The notes: generated from the letters alone by a model not told the origin. Positions 12,701 through 26,104 are shown, counted from the stretch's first letter. The stretch: DNA of 64,000 nucleotides from Octopus sinensis (GCF_006345805.1 NC_043005.1:37448001-37512000); one strand, 5' to 3'. Numbers and translations: made by a program.

Positions 12701-14531
12701 TTTTATGTAAATTTTCAAGAAATTATATGAAATTCTTGGAATATTACTTGCAAGTGTAGTGATAAGGTATTATGATTTTACTGAGTTGAGTTTACAGTCA
12801 CATTTTCATTCTTAGAAAAAAAAACGAACTTATCACTAACCTTCAGAAATAAATATACATCTTTACAACAACGATTTCTCTAACACTCACAAAGTAACTA
12901 ATTAATCTTTATTTGATAACATAATTGTAAAAACAATCCTCAAGAAACAGAAAAGTTAAATGTTTGATCTAATCTACTAGTTACATTGCTTGGAACATAG
13001 GAAATGTTAGAAATTTTATTTAGTCTGAGATTTATGTCAAAACATGAAATTTTTTAAGTATAAATTCTATGAAATATTAAATTTGTGTAAAATTTCATAA
13101 AATATAAACAATTATTTAGAATTTGAAAATTTAAAACTAAATATATATATATATATTTGCTAAATGTAAGAAATTTTTCAGAATATGTAAAGTCTCCAAA
13201 ACCATAAGATAAGATAAAAATATTTGAGTTTATATACAAAATTTTGCCATGAGACATTCAAACTAATTTTTGAATTTTATAGTTCCAAATTTAAGTTGTT
13301 TGATGATGTTTTTTTGTTTTTTGTGTTTTCTCCACTTTTAACTTTTGTTATTTGTTGGCTTGTTTGTTTGAAGTTACTTATAATTCTGTGAAACTTCCCT
13401 TAATTTGCAGACTCTAAAAGCCGTAAGTATGCAATTCTACTAGCTTTTACTAACTCATCATCTACACAACCATCCTGCACCTTTTCTATCTTTATCAACA
13501 TTTCTTTTTTCATTAGTTCTTAACACACTGCATAATCATTTGCATTGCTTTGTTAATGCTTAAAATGACACTCATCACAAACTTTCAAAAGATCACACTT
13601 AGAGTTAATAAAGAAATATTTATTACAACTACAACAACAGATAGTCTCATTAATACTCCAGACTTTATCAACTTTTTTTTTTTTTTAAATATGTGTGCTT
13701 TTTTCTTTCTTTTTACTCTCTAAAAAATTCTATAATTTAAAAATAAATCAGTTTTTCTTCTAGAATTTATGATTAAGGTAGCATGTTTAGTTATAATAAT
13801 GTTTACATTAATGCATGAATGTTATGCAGAATGCTTTTACCTCTCTTATTTTTTTTATTAATATTATTGTTGCTGTGATTCTATACATTCTCAAATGAAA
13901 TCCCTGACTGTCTCAAGCTCTGTAGGACTACTTATTACTACATCACAAACTTTTGTCTTTGTCACCTTGCTTTTTTCACCCAAAGATATACTTAAAACCA
14001 AAAATGTATTTTCTATCCTGAATTGTTGCTTGGTGCTTTCAACTTATGTTTCATTTATATAGCATAGAAACTCATGGTGTGCCTTGGAGACCAGTTATTG
14101 TGAGGGAGATAATAATTTCTAATTAAGTCCTGGTATGAGTATTAATTTTAATTTTAAATCAAAGACAAAGAAAGAAGATGCTCAGAATATACATAATCGA
14201 CTCCTTTTACTTTACTCTTTACAAATATCTTAAAATTTCTAGTGGTGGATAATCATGTATTGCACCATTTCATTCTTATTAGAAATTATCAACATGACAT
14301 GATGCAACGAAAATAAATTTAACAAAATTAAACATCTTATGAAACAGAAAAAAAATTCTACAAGTAAATACAGATAGAGAGAAACAAAGCAATGAAACTG
14401 TCATCAGTTATTCTGCAGCCATCATTCAGTTTATAACAAACTAAAATTACACTTTTATAGTTCCTTTGAAATGTCAATAGCTTTTGTGTTTTATTGTTTA
14501 CAAATATATATATCATCATCATCGTTTAGCG

Positions 14532-14573
<42 letters not shown>

Positions 14574-14728
14574 AAAACTCCAAGAAAGTTAGAGGTTGTG
14601 AATCCAACCCACTAAGGGATAATATCTATCCAATATACTGCTGGTAGAATACCCAACTGTTAATACACAAGTGTTTTTTATTGCATTGCAATTACATTAC
14701 CTAGTGTACTAAATGGGTGAAGGTAATG

Positions 14729-14779
<51 letters not shown>

Positions 14780-16696
14780 GAAATATATATTATATACATC
14801 TATACACACATATATATAAACACTTTTTCAGCATATCTTTTGCACAGAAAACGTTATGTATGGGAGTCTTTGTAACTGTATCATTCAATAGATAAATAGA
14901 TATACTCTTCTATTTCCAATGATATTGAGGTCTACCTCTTTTGTCTATCTACCTATTCTGTCTTTCTGTCTTTCTATACATATATATATAGATACCTTCT
15001 TTTATTCTTATATTCGTAAAGAAGGAAATTTGTTAAATGATACAAATACACTCAGACACACACACATGACAATTTATTTCATTTTAAGTTATGAGTTTTA
15101 CTGAAATATATTATATCAACTTTGGTATGATTTGAAAAAAATCATCGTTGTCAATGTTCAACACATTATTTGATTATAAGTATCAAAGTGTGTCATAACA
15201 ATCATGTGAGTTGTTGGCTGATCTCCTTTGTTTAGCTGTGTAAATATTAATGAAGAGTTGAACAGAACCATTGAACAGGTAACAACATTGTGATAAAAGA
15301 TTTCAATTCTAGTAGCAGAGAATGAAGCAGAAATCACAATTAAATCATACTATTATTATTGGAAAGGACAACTCTTCCGAAATTTAACAATATCACCATA
15401 TGAGTTCATGCTATATCATTATTGTAACTCTTAAGGTGGCAAGCTGGTTCAATGGTTAGTGAGACTGACAAAATGGTTAGAAGCATTTCTTCCAGCTCTC
15501 TATGTTCTGACTTCAAACTTTACCAATGTCAGGTTTGCCTTTCATCTCTTTGGTGTCATTGAAATAAGTACCATTTGAACACTGAGGATTGGTGTGATCA
15601 ATTTGCCTTCTCTCTTAAAATTACTGGACTTGTGCGAAAATTTTCAACCTTTGTCTTTGTAATTCTTGATTTTAGGTTTACTCACGACAAACATTTAAAT
15701 TTTAAAAAAATAAAGGAATTATGAAAATAAATATATTGTGAAGATTGATATGGATAAGGAGTAATAATATAAAAATGGTTATGATAATGGCACTGAGAGG
15801 GAATCAAAGCACTCTACAATATTCTAAAATTTATTACATTATAATCTCTTGATATGCACTTCTGTGAATTTGGTTTTTTTTATTATGTTATTATGAGGGG
15901 TTGTGAGTGTGCATATGTAGGAAAGGGACAGTTATATAATTAAATTGATTATGATAGTTTCAAAAATGCATTTCAGTGAATACTTGCAACCTTTCTGCAA
16001 ATGTGAAGTGGAATGTCTTGCTTCTGCTTCATATTCATCAGCGATCATTAGTATCCATTTTAGTACCTACTTGAAATTATAGCATGAATTTTAATTAAAT
16101 AGTTACCTGTACAAGCACACAAACACATATGCACCTCCCATACTCACACATGCACACATGCTCACACATGCACGCACTCAAACATGCACACACACACCCA
16201 TATAATTAACATCTTCCCAGTTATGATTATATATTCCACTGTAGCTGCTGCACTAGGTTCTAATATTTAGCTCTACTTGTCTAAGACTTCGTGCCAAAAT
16301 AAAGAATTGTTCTAATTGATATTTTTTGCCTGGATACATATCATTACTTTTCTTACAAATACTATTTGAATGGCACCATTTTCTCAGTGAATGGAATTCA
16401 TGACCTTGTATTAGTTACTTTGTTAATATTCTTGGCAAAAATTACAATATATCATAAGTTATTTCTCTCTTCTATAATTCTAAGACTTTATTTATATATA
16501 AGTTAATTACTTTGCTAATATTCTTGGAAAAAACCAGACAAGTCACACTTTTCCATTTCCTTTTCTCTGTCAATCTGAACCTTTTGTGCTACAAATCTTT
16601 TATAACAAAAATTTAATAACTTCTTTTCACCTCAGATCCGTTAATGTCTCCCACTTTTAGTGTGTGCTATATTTCATAATTTCCTTTATTCTTTAG

Positions 16697-16790
16697 GATA
16701 GTACACTGGAAGTTATTGTATTTGACAGTGGATTACAGTTTCTCATCATGGATTTCAATGCAAGTGTTATTAGAATTAATGTAAATTAAT
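16697..16790 (+). mobile_element. Possible LTR-retrotransposon integrase remnant
   Basis: DSTLEVIVFDSGLQFLIMDF resembles the PEVIVSDNGPQF motif. It is short and isolated. Confidence 0.3.
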
Positions 16791-16952
16791 GCAGGAGTGA
16801 CCGTGTGGTAAGAAGCTCGCTTCCTAACCACATGGTTCTGGGTTCAGTCCCACCCACTGCAGGGCACCTTGGGCAAGTGTCATCTGCTGTAGCCTCAGGC
16901 CAACGAAAGCCATGTGAGTGGATTTGGTAGATGGAAGCTGAAAGAAGTCTGT

Positions 16953-16986
<34 letters not shown>

Positions 16987-17372
16987 ACATATATGTGTGT
17001 GCGTCTTTGATAGAATAAGTATCAGGCTTACAAAGAGTAAGTCCTCAGGTTGATTTGTTTGAATAAAAGCATTGCTGTAGCATAGCTGCAGTCATATGAC
17101 AGAAACAAGCAAAAGAATAAAAGAATACATATATATATCATTTATAGTCATGCTTAAAATGTTTCTCAATATTTTCATGTTTGTTGCTACTAATTTCCTT
17201 CTCCTTTGATATGGCTATAATAATGAGTTAATATCATTATTAATACTATCATAATAATGAGTACGTACCATTAATATTTATTGCCCATAATAACTTATGG
17301 TAATTTATTGAAGCTTATTTAATTAACATACCAAATTCAGCTGATGTGGTTTTACCATTCACCCAACCAGCT

Positions 17373-17599
17373 TTAACCTTTTAGCATTTAAACTGGCCAT
17401 TTCCAGCCCAAATATTTACCAGTTTTGCATTTAGACCAGGCAGATCTGGTCTCTTACGTGTACCCTACAATATCATTCTAAAAATATTCAATCACAACAC
17501 CAAAATATTAAAGCTAGAAGACAATGAATGATAAATTTCAAACAATGTGAATGAATAAGCATTGCATTTAACAAAGTAATCTGAATGCTAAACAGTTAA
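17373..17599 (+). mobile_element. piggyBac-type MITE of about 225 bp with TTAA flanks
   Basis: TTAA-CCTTTTAGCATT ... AATGCTAAACAG-TTAA. The interior matches the copies at 56645-57083. Confidence 0.85.
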
Positions 17600-17959
17600 A
17601 CCCTGATGATAAAGAAAGTAAGTACCAGTAATATGTTTTGTTAATTCAGATAACTATATTCCACCTCTACAAGTATTTCACTTTTTATTATTTTTTCTTT
17701 TTCTTCTTTTGCTATACTATATTGCTCTGTCTCCAGTATATGATTTAATGTGCCTTGTGGTACTTCTCATTTGTTGATATGGCCCTCTTTGTTGTACCCA
17801 GAAATACTATCATGAAATGTATAGAAATGTAAAGCACATGAAACTTTTGTTTCTCTTTCTTTGCTCCAGTTTCCCTAAATATTTCTTATGATAGTAGATA
17901 CATGACACCTGTGTTCATATCTTGCCTTCTGTATCTTGATGATTTATTGTCAACCCATT

Positions 17960-18240
17960 TCTCAACACGTTAGTTCCATCGTCATAGATGTTCTCCTTTC
18001 TAAGGGCCTCCTTCAGTCAGGATGTACATGCATATGTAAGGTGTTTCCTGTGGACGGCAGGAATTTGGCTATACATAAACATCTTTCCCTCTCTACCATT
18101 CACATTGTCCAAAGCAAAGGTGCTGACTTGGGTTGATACAGTTTGGTGCCAGTGTCATTATAGGAATGCCAAGTGCTGGAACACATACTGCTACATCTAC
18201 CATCTAACAACTTTACCAATCCACTACCTTGGATTACTTC
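17960..18240 (+). mobile_element. CR1/Jockey-like LINE RT fragment, decayed
   Basis: LLQSG...IHIVQSKG...YSLVPVSL*ECQVLEHIL resembles SLQSG...PIFKKG...NYRPVSLTS..KVLEHI. Confidence 0.45.
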
Positions 18241-18926
18241 TTTTTTATTATCTCATAAGAATGTAAGATAAGTGGGTATCAACGGGATTGAATTCAGATT
18301 GTAGAGAATCAGAAAAAACACTGTGAGGTATTCTGTCTTACTCTCAAATGTCTCTGCTAGTTAGGCACCATCTAAATTCCCCACAGTCATATTCCACTGC
18401 CTGTCTACGATTTGGTTATCACCACTCTAAGTGTTGATAAGTACCCACTGTATTTGGTCATAATTTGGGATTACATATATTTATACTGGACATGTGTAAC
18501 ATTTATCATGAGTGTACAAGTGGGAAACCATGCTAGCTGTAGTATTTTTCAAGTGCTATTCCTTGTCTGTATACACACTATAAATGTTATATACACTTGT
18601 ATTTTAATCTAAAGGTATTTTAAGTGCATACATTATTTGCAGATATTAGTTTTGCATTCACATATAATCCATCTTCACTGGGACTAGATGATATGATAAT
18701 GGCTCCTGATGGCCAACTTGTATTCCACAAATATCTTTTACTTTGTCACAAAAACATCTCAAGTAGCTTCCAAAGATGTTCCTTTCTTTTGCAATGCTTC
18801 TTTTGCAATGCTTCACAATACTAAAAAAAGCCATACATGAACCAAATTATTACTTCAACTTGGTTACTGTGGATATCAAATGTAAGCAGAAATCCATAAT
18901 GGATACACTATAGACTCTATTCTTGT

Positions 18927-20738
18927 TTTACCCTTTAGTGTTCAGGCTGGCCAAAAATAATTTCCCTTCATTTGTTTGAACTGGTCAAATTTGGCTGTAC
19001 TGAGTCCTCTATGAAATCATTAAAGAAATAAACAAATCTCGTTATTGAATTATTGTAGCTTTGAGATCATGTGAGATAAATCCTTTCCCTCTGTTATTCA
19101 AGTATAAATACTGTGAAATTCTTGAGACATTTTGGCTTTTTCAATGTTTGAAGAGAAGTGTACATTCTAGTTTTTGATGATATGGCATCAGCAAGTTGCA
19201 ATTTGGACTTCGAAGGATTTATTCTTGATAATGTGTAAAATATAAACAAAAACAACAGTGATTTGTCTTCAGATGAATCTGATATTGATATTTATGAATC
19301 TTCACATGACAAGGAAGATTTTGATAATGAAAGTGATGAAAATGATATTGAAAACATTATGGCACCATGGTTGAAGATTACTACCTCAACCACATACAAT
19401 TCCCGATTTCACAGAAAAGACTAGTCCACAGCATAGTCTACCTCCCCATGCTCAGCTATTGGACTTTTTATTTTTATTTTTACTGAAAAGTTTTTTGAAA
19501 CTGTTGTAGAGGAAACAAATAAATATGGTCAATGCATAATTTATTCATGGAAGACCCAATCCACTATGGCAGCCAACTAATTCTGTGGAAACGCAAGCTT
19601 TTTTTACTATAAACATTATGTTTGATATCAAACAGCTTCCTCAATTGTGGAACTATTTCAGTCCTGATATAAGGTATGGTAATCCATATATCTCCAGCAT
19701 TATGCCTAACTGTAGTTAATTCATATATTTTTTATGTAAAAATCCACAAGGCACCTCTGCCTATGACCATTTGAAATTTCGTGTTGACATCAAGTCTCAG
19801 TTATGTGAGGGCTTTCCTTCCGGAAAGCACAAAGCTGTTGAAAAAAGCAAAATTAACTGAGGTGGATGTCAACAGAGAAAATATTGACTTTCATAAAGTG
19901 GAAAATAAATGGAAGGAAAAAAGTTTGCAGACTGTGTTCACTGCAAAAAAGAAAAACTGCAAAAGGATATCAGGTCAAGACCTCACATATGCGTTCATTT
20001 TGCAAAGTGCCCTTGTGCAAAGGGTGCTTTGGACAGTGTCATGATAGAAATATGGCATAACTATACTTTGTTTTTTTAATTGTAATAGTATCATATATTC
20101 CTTTCATTTTATTACAAATAATATGTGAAAGTGAGTAATACATATTAATTTTCACCTTTGTCTCACCTGTTAATGAACTTTTTTTTTTCATGCATTCTGT
20201 TATGTAAATGTATTCCTTAAATTGTATAAAAGTACATAGCCAATGGTATATTGACTAGTAAAAGAGTTTTGTACTTTATTTTCAATGAAAATGTTTGAAT
20301 GAAATATAGAGAAAGAATGAAATTGTGTGCCAATTATACTTAATTATACTTAATTCAAGTTAATGTACCTCATTTTGAAAAGTGGCAAAATTGCTGGCAG
20401 TTAACATCTGGGATAATTTTAGTAATAAATAAATCAGGTAAGATGCATTAAGAATCTCAATTTTAGTGCTTATCCATAATGTTATTGTTTTTACACCTGT
20501 TAATTAAATTTACTTTCCCATAAAAGTCAAATTTAATCAGAAAGATCAACTACAATTACATAACTATAAACCATTGGTATATAAGCTCCCACTGACAAAA
20601 TTTCAAATCTATATGTAAAATATTAACAAAGTTACAAGCAAATATTGTGGACACTCCTCTTGAACCTGAATAATTCAAAATAATGTGAGCAAATGTAGAA
20701 TTACATCTCACAGATTAATGTGAAAACTAAAGGGTTCA
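18927..20738 (+). mobile_element. Internally deleted piggyBac transposon (PGBD4-like) with both TIRs
   Basis: Left end TTTA-CCCTTTAGTGTTCAG (18927) and right end GTGAAAACTAAAGGG-TTCA (20738). Acidic N-terminus DLSSDESDIDIYESSHDKEDFDNESDEND. FFETVVEETNKYG and WQPTNSVETQAFFTINIMFDIKQLPQLWNYFSPDIRYGNPYISSIMP follow. C-terminal Cys-rich domain CRLCSLQKRKTAKGYQVKTSHMRSFCKVPLCKGCFGQCH. The catalytic DDD core is absent. Confidence 0.88.
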
Positions 20739-21788
20739 GGAAATATCATTTCTTTAGCATTTCGACTCAATCTGTTGTTTCCATGTTCACCCTTAACGGC
20801 CCCAGTTTTCTGTCTGCATCTATGTCACACATTGGTAAAAAAAACTAATTTTTTTTTATTGTCTAGTTCTGAGTATTATATAGACTACAATAGACACAAA
20901 CATGGCTTGGATACAGTCATGGCTGTGTGGTTAAGAAGTTTATTTTGCTTCCCAACCACATGATCTCAGGTTCAGTTCTACTGTGTATTACCTCGGGTGT
21001 CTTCTACTATAGCCTCGAACTAACCAAAGCCTTATGAATGAATTTAGTTGAGGAAACTGAAAGAAGCCCTTTGTATATGAGAATGTGAGTGTGGCTCCTA
21101 ATCTTGACATTGCACAATAGCTGTAAATGAGCTTCCTCTTCTCTAATTCCTTTCCCCTAGATTTCCCTTTTCCTTCATCTTCTAGGGTTTATAAAATCGA
21201 GTACCTGTCAAGTACAGAGATTGACAGATTTAACTAGAGTATTATCTCTAATATTGCTAGCCATGTACCAAAATCTGAAGCAATTTTTATTATTATTATT
21301 GTTGTTTCATGTTTTCACTTATCCTTATTATCATCATCATCATAATTTCTGAAACTGCTGAACAGGTAAGATGTTAGATTTTTGACATGTTCTGGTTGTT
21401 AGTGTGTATAAATAATCTGCAATTGACATCTGTCCTTGAGCAAATTTCTCTACTCTACTAGCCAATGGCTTTAAACTAATTATAAATCATCCATATTGCC
21501 ATCAGCATCATTATCTTTAACCTTTCAAATGTTAACATTCAGCTACAACTATAAAATGTATATTTAGTAAAAATAACTTCAGAGGAAAAAATTCAATGTA
21601 AATTTAGAGCTAGGAAAATCTTGTAAAATATGAGTAAAATAAGTAAGAATATAAGAAAGCCATTCCTTTTACCCTTGCCCAAATGGTATATAATTGCCAA
21701 TTATAAATTAGAGGCATAAATGGTATTTTATATGTGCCAAAAATAATGTCTAATGATTTCATATAACTGTTCTCCCACCATCTTCACT

Positions 21789-22392
21789 CTTCTTCTTCTT
21801 CTTCTTCTTCTTCTTCTTCTTCTTGCTGATGTTCTTGTTATTATCATTATTGAACAATATATATATAAATGTATATATTTATATATGCATATTAATATAC
21901 ATATATGTATATATATATATTTATATATACATCCATATGTAATATATGTGTGTGTATGTATATATATACATATATATACATATATAAATATATCTACATA
22001 TATATACATATGTATAAATATATACATACAGATATATATCTGTGCATATACATATATATACATTTATATATAAACACGTGTGTGTATATATATATAATAT
22101 ATATATATATATAATATATATATATATATACATACATATCAATATATACATATATATATATACATATGTATATATATATACATATATATATGTATATATA
22201 CATTTGTGTATATATATATATATATATACACCTGTGTATATATGCTTGTGTGTGTATATGTATATATATGTGTATATATATAATATATAGGTGTGTGTAT
22301 ATATATATATATATATATTCACACATGTATACATACGAATGTTTATGTATACACACACATATATACACAGGCACACACACATACACACACAT
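21789..22392. repeat. (CTT)n plus long TA/CA compound microsatellite
   Basis: Read directly. Confidence 0.95.
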
Positions 22393-22844
22393 AGTTATCT
22401 TAAATTAGATTCTAATTTTTTCTCTCTTTCTCCGCAAATGTTTTCATACTACTTGAACTATTTAGAAAGAACTACCTGTGTTAATTATGAGGCCTAAACA
22501 GCCATACGTAAATATGTGTCGGTTACTGGTTACTGTGTGTATATGTCTGTTATGTGCACCACTTTACTGCTTACATAAGTCATTTATGTAAGCAATTAAT
22601 TCTCACAAATAAAATTTAAATTGCCGATTAGCAAAGAAGGGGGCTGAAGTGTTTGACTATGATAGGCCTAGATTGAAACACATGCGCACATATTGGTGTG
22701 TGTAAAATGCAGTTAACTGCAGTAAAGTTTAAAATGAAAGACTTCTTTGGAATCTTTTGGAGCAATAGTATTTAATTTAAGGATATCTTTTCTTTTATAA
22801 TAAATCTCAGAACAAGTTATAAACAGTAGCTACAACACATCGTG

Positions 22845-23182
22845 ACGTACATTTGCCATTGAAATATGGTTAACCCCTAAGGGTGGATGCTACTGTAGTT
22901 TGTAGCCCCAGGAGGCCACTGCCTCCAGCTGGCTATAGATACACTTTCTGTGCCCTATCAGTATTTGCAAAGGGAAGTCACACACCGATGACGGGTCAAT
23001 ATCCAGAAACTCGAGTCCGTGTGTATCATAAGTTGAAGACGGGAAGGATGACTTCCCTTTGCAAATACTGATAGGGCACAGAAAGTGTCTATAGCCAGTT
23101 GGAGGAGGTGTCCTCCTGGGGCTACAAACTACAGTAGCATCCACCCTTAGGGGTTAGCCATATTTCAATGGCAAATATACGT
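22845..23182. mobile_element. Foldback element: inverted arms of about 135 bp around a 68-bp spacer holding an HHR-like motif (probable Penelope-type inverted terminal repeat)
   Basis: 22845-22980 is the reverse complement of 23049-23182 with only a few mismatches. The ORF track gives near-identical N-termini (MDATVVCSPRR) on both strands. Confidence 0.8.
22979..23023 (+). ncRNA. Degenerate minimal type I hammerhead ribozyme
   Basis: CACACA CCGATGA CGGGT-CAAT-ATCCA GAAAC TCGA GTC CGTGTG. Stem I has 5 of 6 pairs. The core has a U4>C change (CCGATGA). Stem III is the palindrome ACTCGAGT and the triplet is GUC. Confidence 0.65.
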
Positions 23183-23674
23183 TTTCTTTAATACTTTCAC
23201 ATGTATTAATCATTGGATGATGGCCATGCTGGGGCATAGCCTTGATGAGTTTTAGTCAAATGAATCAATGCCAGTACTCTTTTTTAAGCCTGGTACTTAT
23301 TCTATTGGTTTCTTCATCAACCTGCTAAAACATGGGGATATAAACAAAGAAATCTGGTTGCCAAGCAGTGGTGGGGGACAAACGCTAGGATTCATTTACT
23401 TACATATACACACGCACACACACACACACACATGCATATATATTCAATGGGCTTCTTTCAGTTTTTGCATTTTCCAATTTCATTCACAAGGGTTTTGGTT
23501 GGCCCTAAGCTATAATAGAAGACACTTGTCCAAGGTACCTCACAGCAGGACTGAAATGAGAACCATGTGGTTGGGCAGCAAACTTCTTGCCACACAGACA
23601 TACTTGTGCCTATGTATGTATGTATGTATGTATGTATGTATGCATGCATGCATTTACATATGTATGTGCATATA

Positions 23675-24197
23675 TACAGGGTGCAGTGAATAAACTGTCA
23701 TCTGAATTATGCAAAAATAACATTGACATCTAATATTAACAGATATATTTACCAAAACTACATAAAAATATCTTGAAATATAAAAGAAATTTATTTAATA
23801 AAATCGCCTTTAGATTCAACCACAGCCTCCAGATGATTTCAGAATATTCTGCGACTATTCTGGATGGTCTCCTTGTTTAAGTTGGTGAATGCTGTCATAA
23901 TCCTTGCCTTCAGTTCATCTTTGGTGTTTCAAGGAGTTTTGTAGGTCTCTCACTCAACTGCTCCCCACACATAATAATCAAGTGCGTTGCAGTCTGGGGA
24001 GTTACATGGCCAAATGTTAGGGATGATGTAGTCGCAGAAATTGTCTGACAATCATGACTGGATTCTCCTGCTTGTGTGGCATGGTGCAGAGTCTTGTTGC
24101 CAGACATAGGGTCTTCCAGCAGCCACTCTTTTGACCCAGGGCAGCACTACCTCCACTAGGAACTTGATGTAGGCCTCTGTGTTGAGTATGCATTCGA
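23675..24197 (-). mobile_element. Tc1/mariner DD37D (maT-type) transposon 3' fragment, copy 1
   Basis: NTEAYIKFLVEVVLPWVKRVAAGRPYVWQQDSAPCHTSRRIQS*LSDNFCDYIIPNIWPCNSPDCNALDYYVWGAVE: 37 residues between the second and third catalytic D. Terminus TA-CAGGGTG at 23675. Confidence 0.9.
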
Positions 24198-25020
24198 TAT
24201 ATATAGCTATGTGGTAAGAAGCTTGCTTCCCAACCATATCATTCTGAGTTCAGTCTCACAGTATGACACCTTGGGCAAGTGTCTTGGACTATAGCATCGG
24301 GCCAACCAAAGTGTTGTGAGTGGATTTGATAACTGGAAACTGAAGTGGCCTGCCATATATATATATATATGTGTGTGTGTATTTATGTGTGTCTTACCAT
24401 CTGTGTTTGTACCCGACCATCGCTTGATAACTGATGCTGGTGTGTTTGTGTCCCCATAACTAAATGGTTTAGCAAAAAAAAACTGAATGAGTAGGTATTA
24501 AATTTACAAAGAATAAGTCCTGGGGTCAATTTCTTTGACTAAAACACTTTAGTGTGGTGCTCTAGCATGGCAGCAGTCAAATTACTGAAACACGTAACAG
24601 AATAAAAGAATCTATGTGGTACATTATATTTTTGAGCAAAGCACTTCAGTTCATGTTGCTTTGCAATCATTTCACCATTTGATGTATGACATGCTGTGCA
24701 TCTGTAAAGGTAATGCTGATTTGATGGAGGGAATAAGCTATTGTACAGCATAAACATTCAATCACTATAAGCAGATCATTTATGCAGGTTGTTAAGCAAG
24801 ACATTTCAGAAGCCTCATCTGTCATCTAGAACAAGAGACACCATACCATGATATACTAGGGTGTGTAGGTGTGATGTATATATATATAAACACTCACCAC
24901 ACATATATATTTAGATATGTATACATACATACATACATACACATATATGTTTGTATGTATGCACATGCACACAATATACTTATGCATACATACACACACA
25001 CATATATATGCACATAGATA

Positions 25021-25650
25021 TACAGGGTGTGGTGAATAAACTGTTGTCTAAATTACGCACAAATGAAAATAACAATGACATCACATTTCAACAGATATAT
25101 TTACCATAATTACATAGAAATATTTTGAAATATAAAAGATTAAGTTTATTCAATAAAATCACCATTGCCTTCAACCACAGCCTTCTGGTGATTTCGGAAT
25201 CTCCTGCAACTATTCTGGATGTTCTCTTTGTTTAAGTTGCAAATGTTGCTATAATCCTTGCCTCCAGTTGATCTTTAGTGTTACAAGCAATTTTGTTGAT
25301 CTATTGCTCAGTTGCACCCCACACATAATATTCAAGGGAGCTGGCATCTGAGAAGTTAGGTTGCCAAATGTTAGGAATGATGCGGTCGCAGAAATTGTCT
25401 GACAGTCATGACTGGGTTCTCCCACTTGTGTACATGGTGCAGAGTCCTATTGCCAGACATAAGGTGTTCCAGCAGCCACCCTCTTGACCCAGGGCAGCAC
25501 TACCTCCTCCAGGCACTTGATGTAGGCCTCTGTGTTGTGTGTAAGGTTATGTGGGAAGATGAATGGAGGTATAACTTTGCCTTCACTAGTGATCACTCCA
25601 AACACCATGATGTTAACAGGTTGTTTGATTTTTATCACTCTTACAATCAT
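25021..25650 (-). mobile_element. Tc1/mariner DD37D (maT-type) transposon 3' fragment, copy 2
   Basis: IMVFGVITSEGKVIPPFIFPHNLTHNTEAYIKCLEEVVLPWVKRVAAGTPYVWQ*DSAPC. Same TA-CAGGGTG terminus at 25021 and colinear with copy 1. Confidence 0.9.
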
Positions 25651-25654
25651 TGTG

Positions 25655-25925
25655 AGTTCGAATCCCAGACTGGGTTGCATGTCGTGTTCTTGAGCAATAC
25701 ATTTTATTTTGTTGTTCCAGTTCACTCAGCTGTAGAAATGAGTTGTGAGGTGCCAAGCTGTATCATCCTTTGCCTTTCACTTGGATAACACTGGTGGTGT
25801 GGAAAGGGGAAGCCAGTATGCATGGGCAACTGCTGGTCTTCCATAAAACAAGCTTGCCCGGACTTGTACCTGGAAGGGTAACTATCTAGGTGCAATGCAA
25901 TGGTCAGACATGTCCGAAGGAGATC
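25655..25925 (+). mobile_element. SINE family A copy, truncating DD37D copy 2
   Basis: Colinear with 340-665. Confidence 0.85.
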
Positions 25926-26104
25926 TCACACACATCTATATATAAATAGATGTGTGTATTTTTTCTTTGTTTACAATTAACACAGAAAAAAATAGATAAA
26001 CAGTTACCTGGGTAGCAAAATATCATACAAGTAAAAAGGGTGTAACACCTTGTTTTTAAAGGTAGAAACTCTGGGTTTATGTGGAATATTTCATAGAATA
26101 TATA

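Noticed and set aside
17603-17630. CCCTGATGATAAAGAAAG motif
   Set aside because: No stem II can form and there is no matching stem I, so it is a chance match.
21728-22497. Many overlapping YI/IY/CV-rich ORFs (also at 34430-35047, 39206-39904, 43226-43877, 54830-55173, 60379-61047 and 61841-62217)
   Set aside because: TA/CA/TG microsatellites lack stop codons in several frames, so these are not coding.
22485-22525. ATGAGGC..GCCATACG..GTCGG as a decayed HHR
   Set aside because: Both conserved boxes would need several mutations, which is too speculative.
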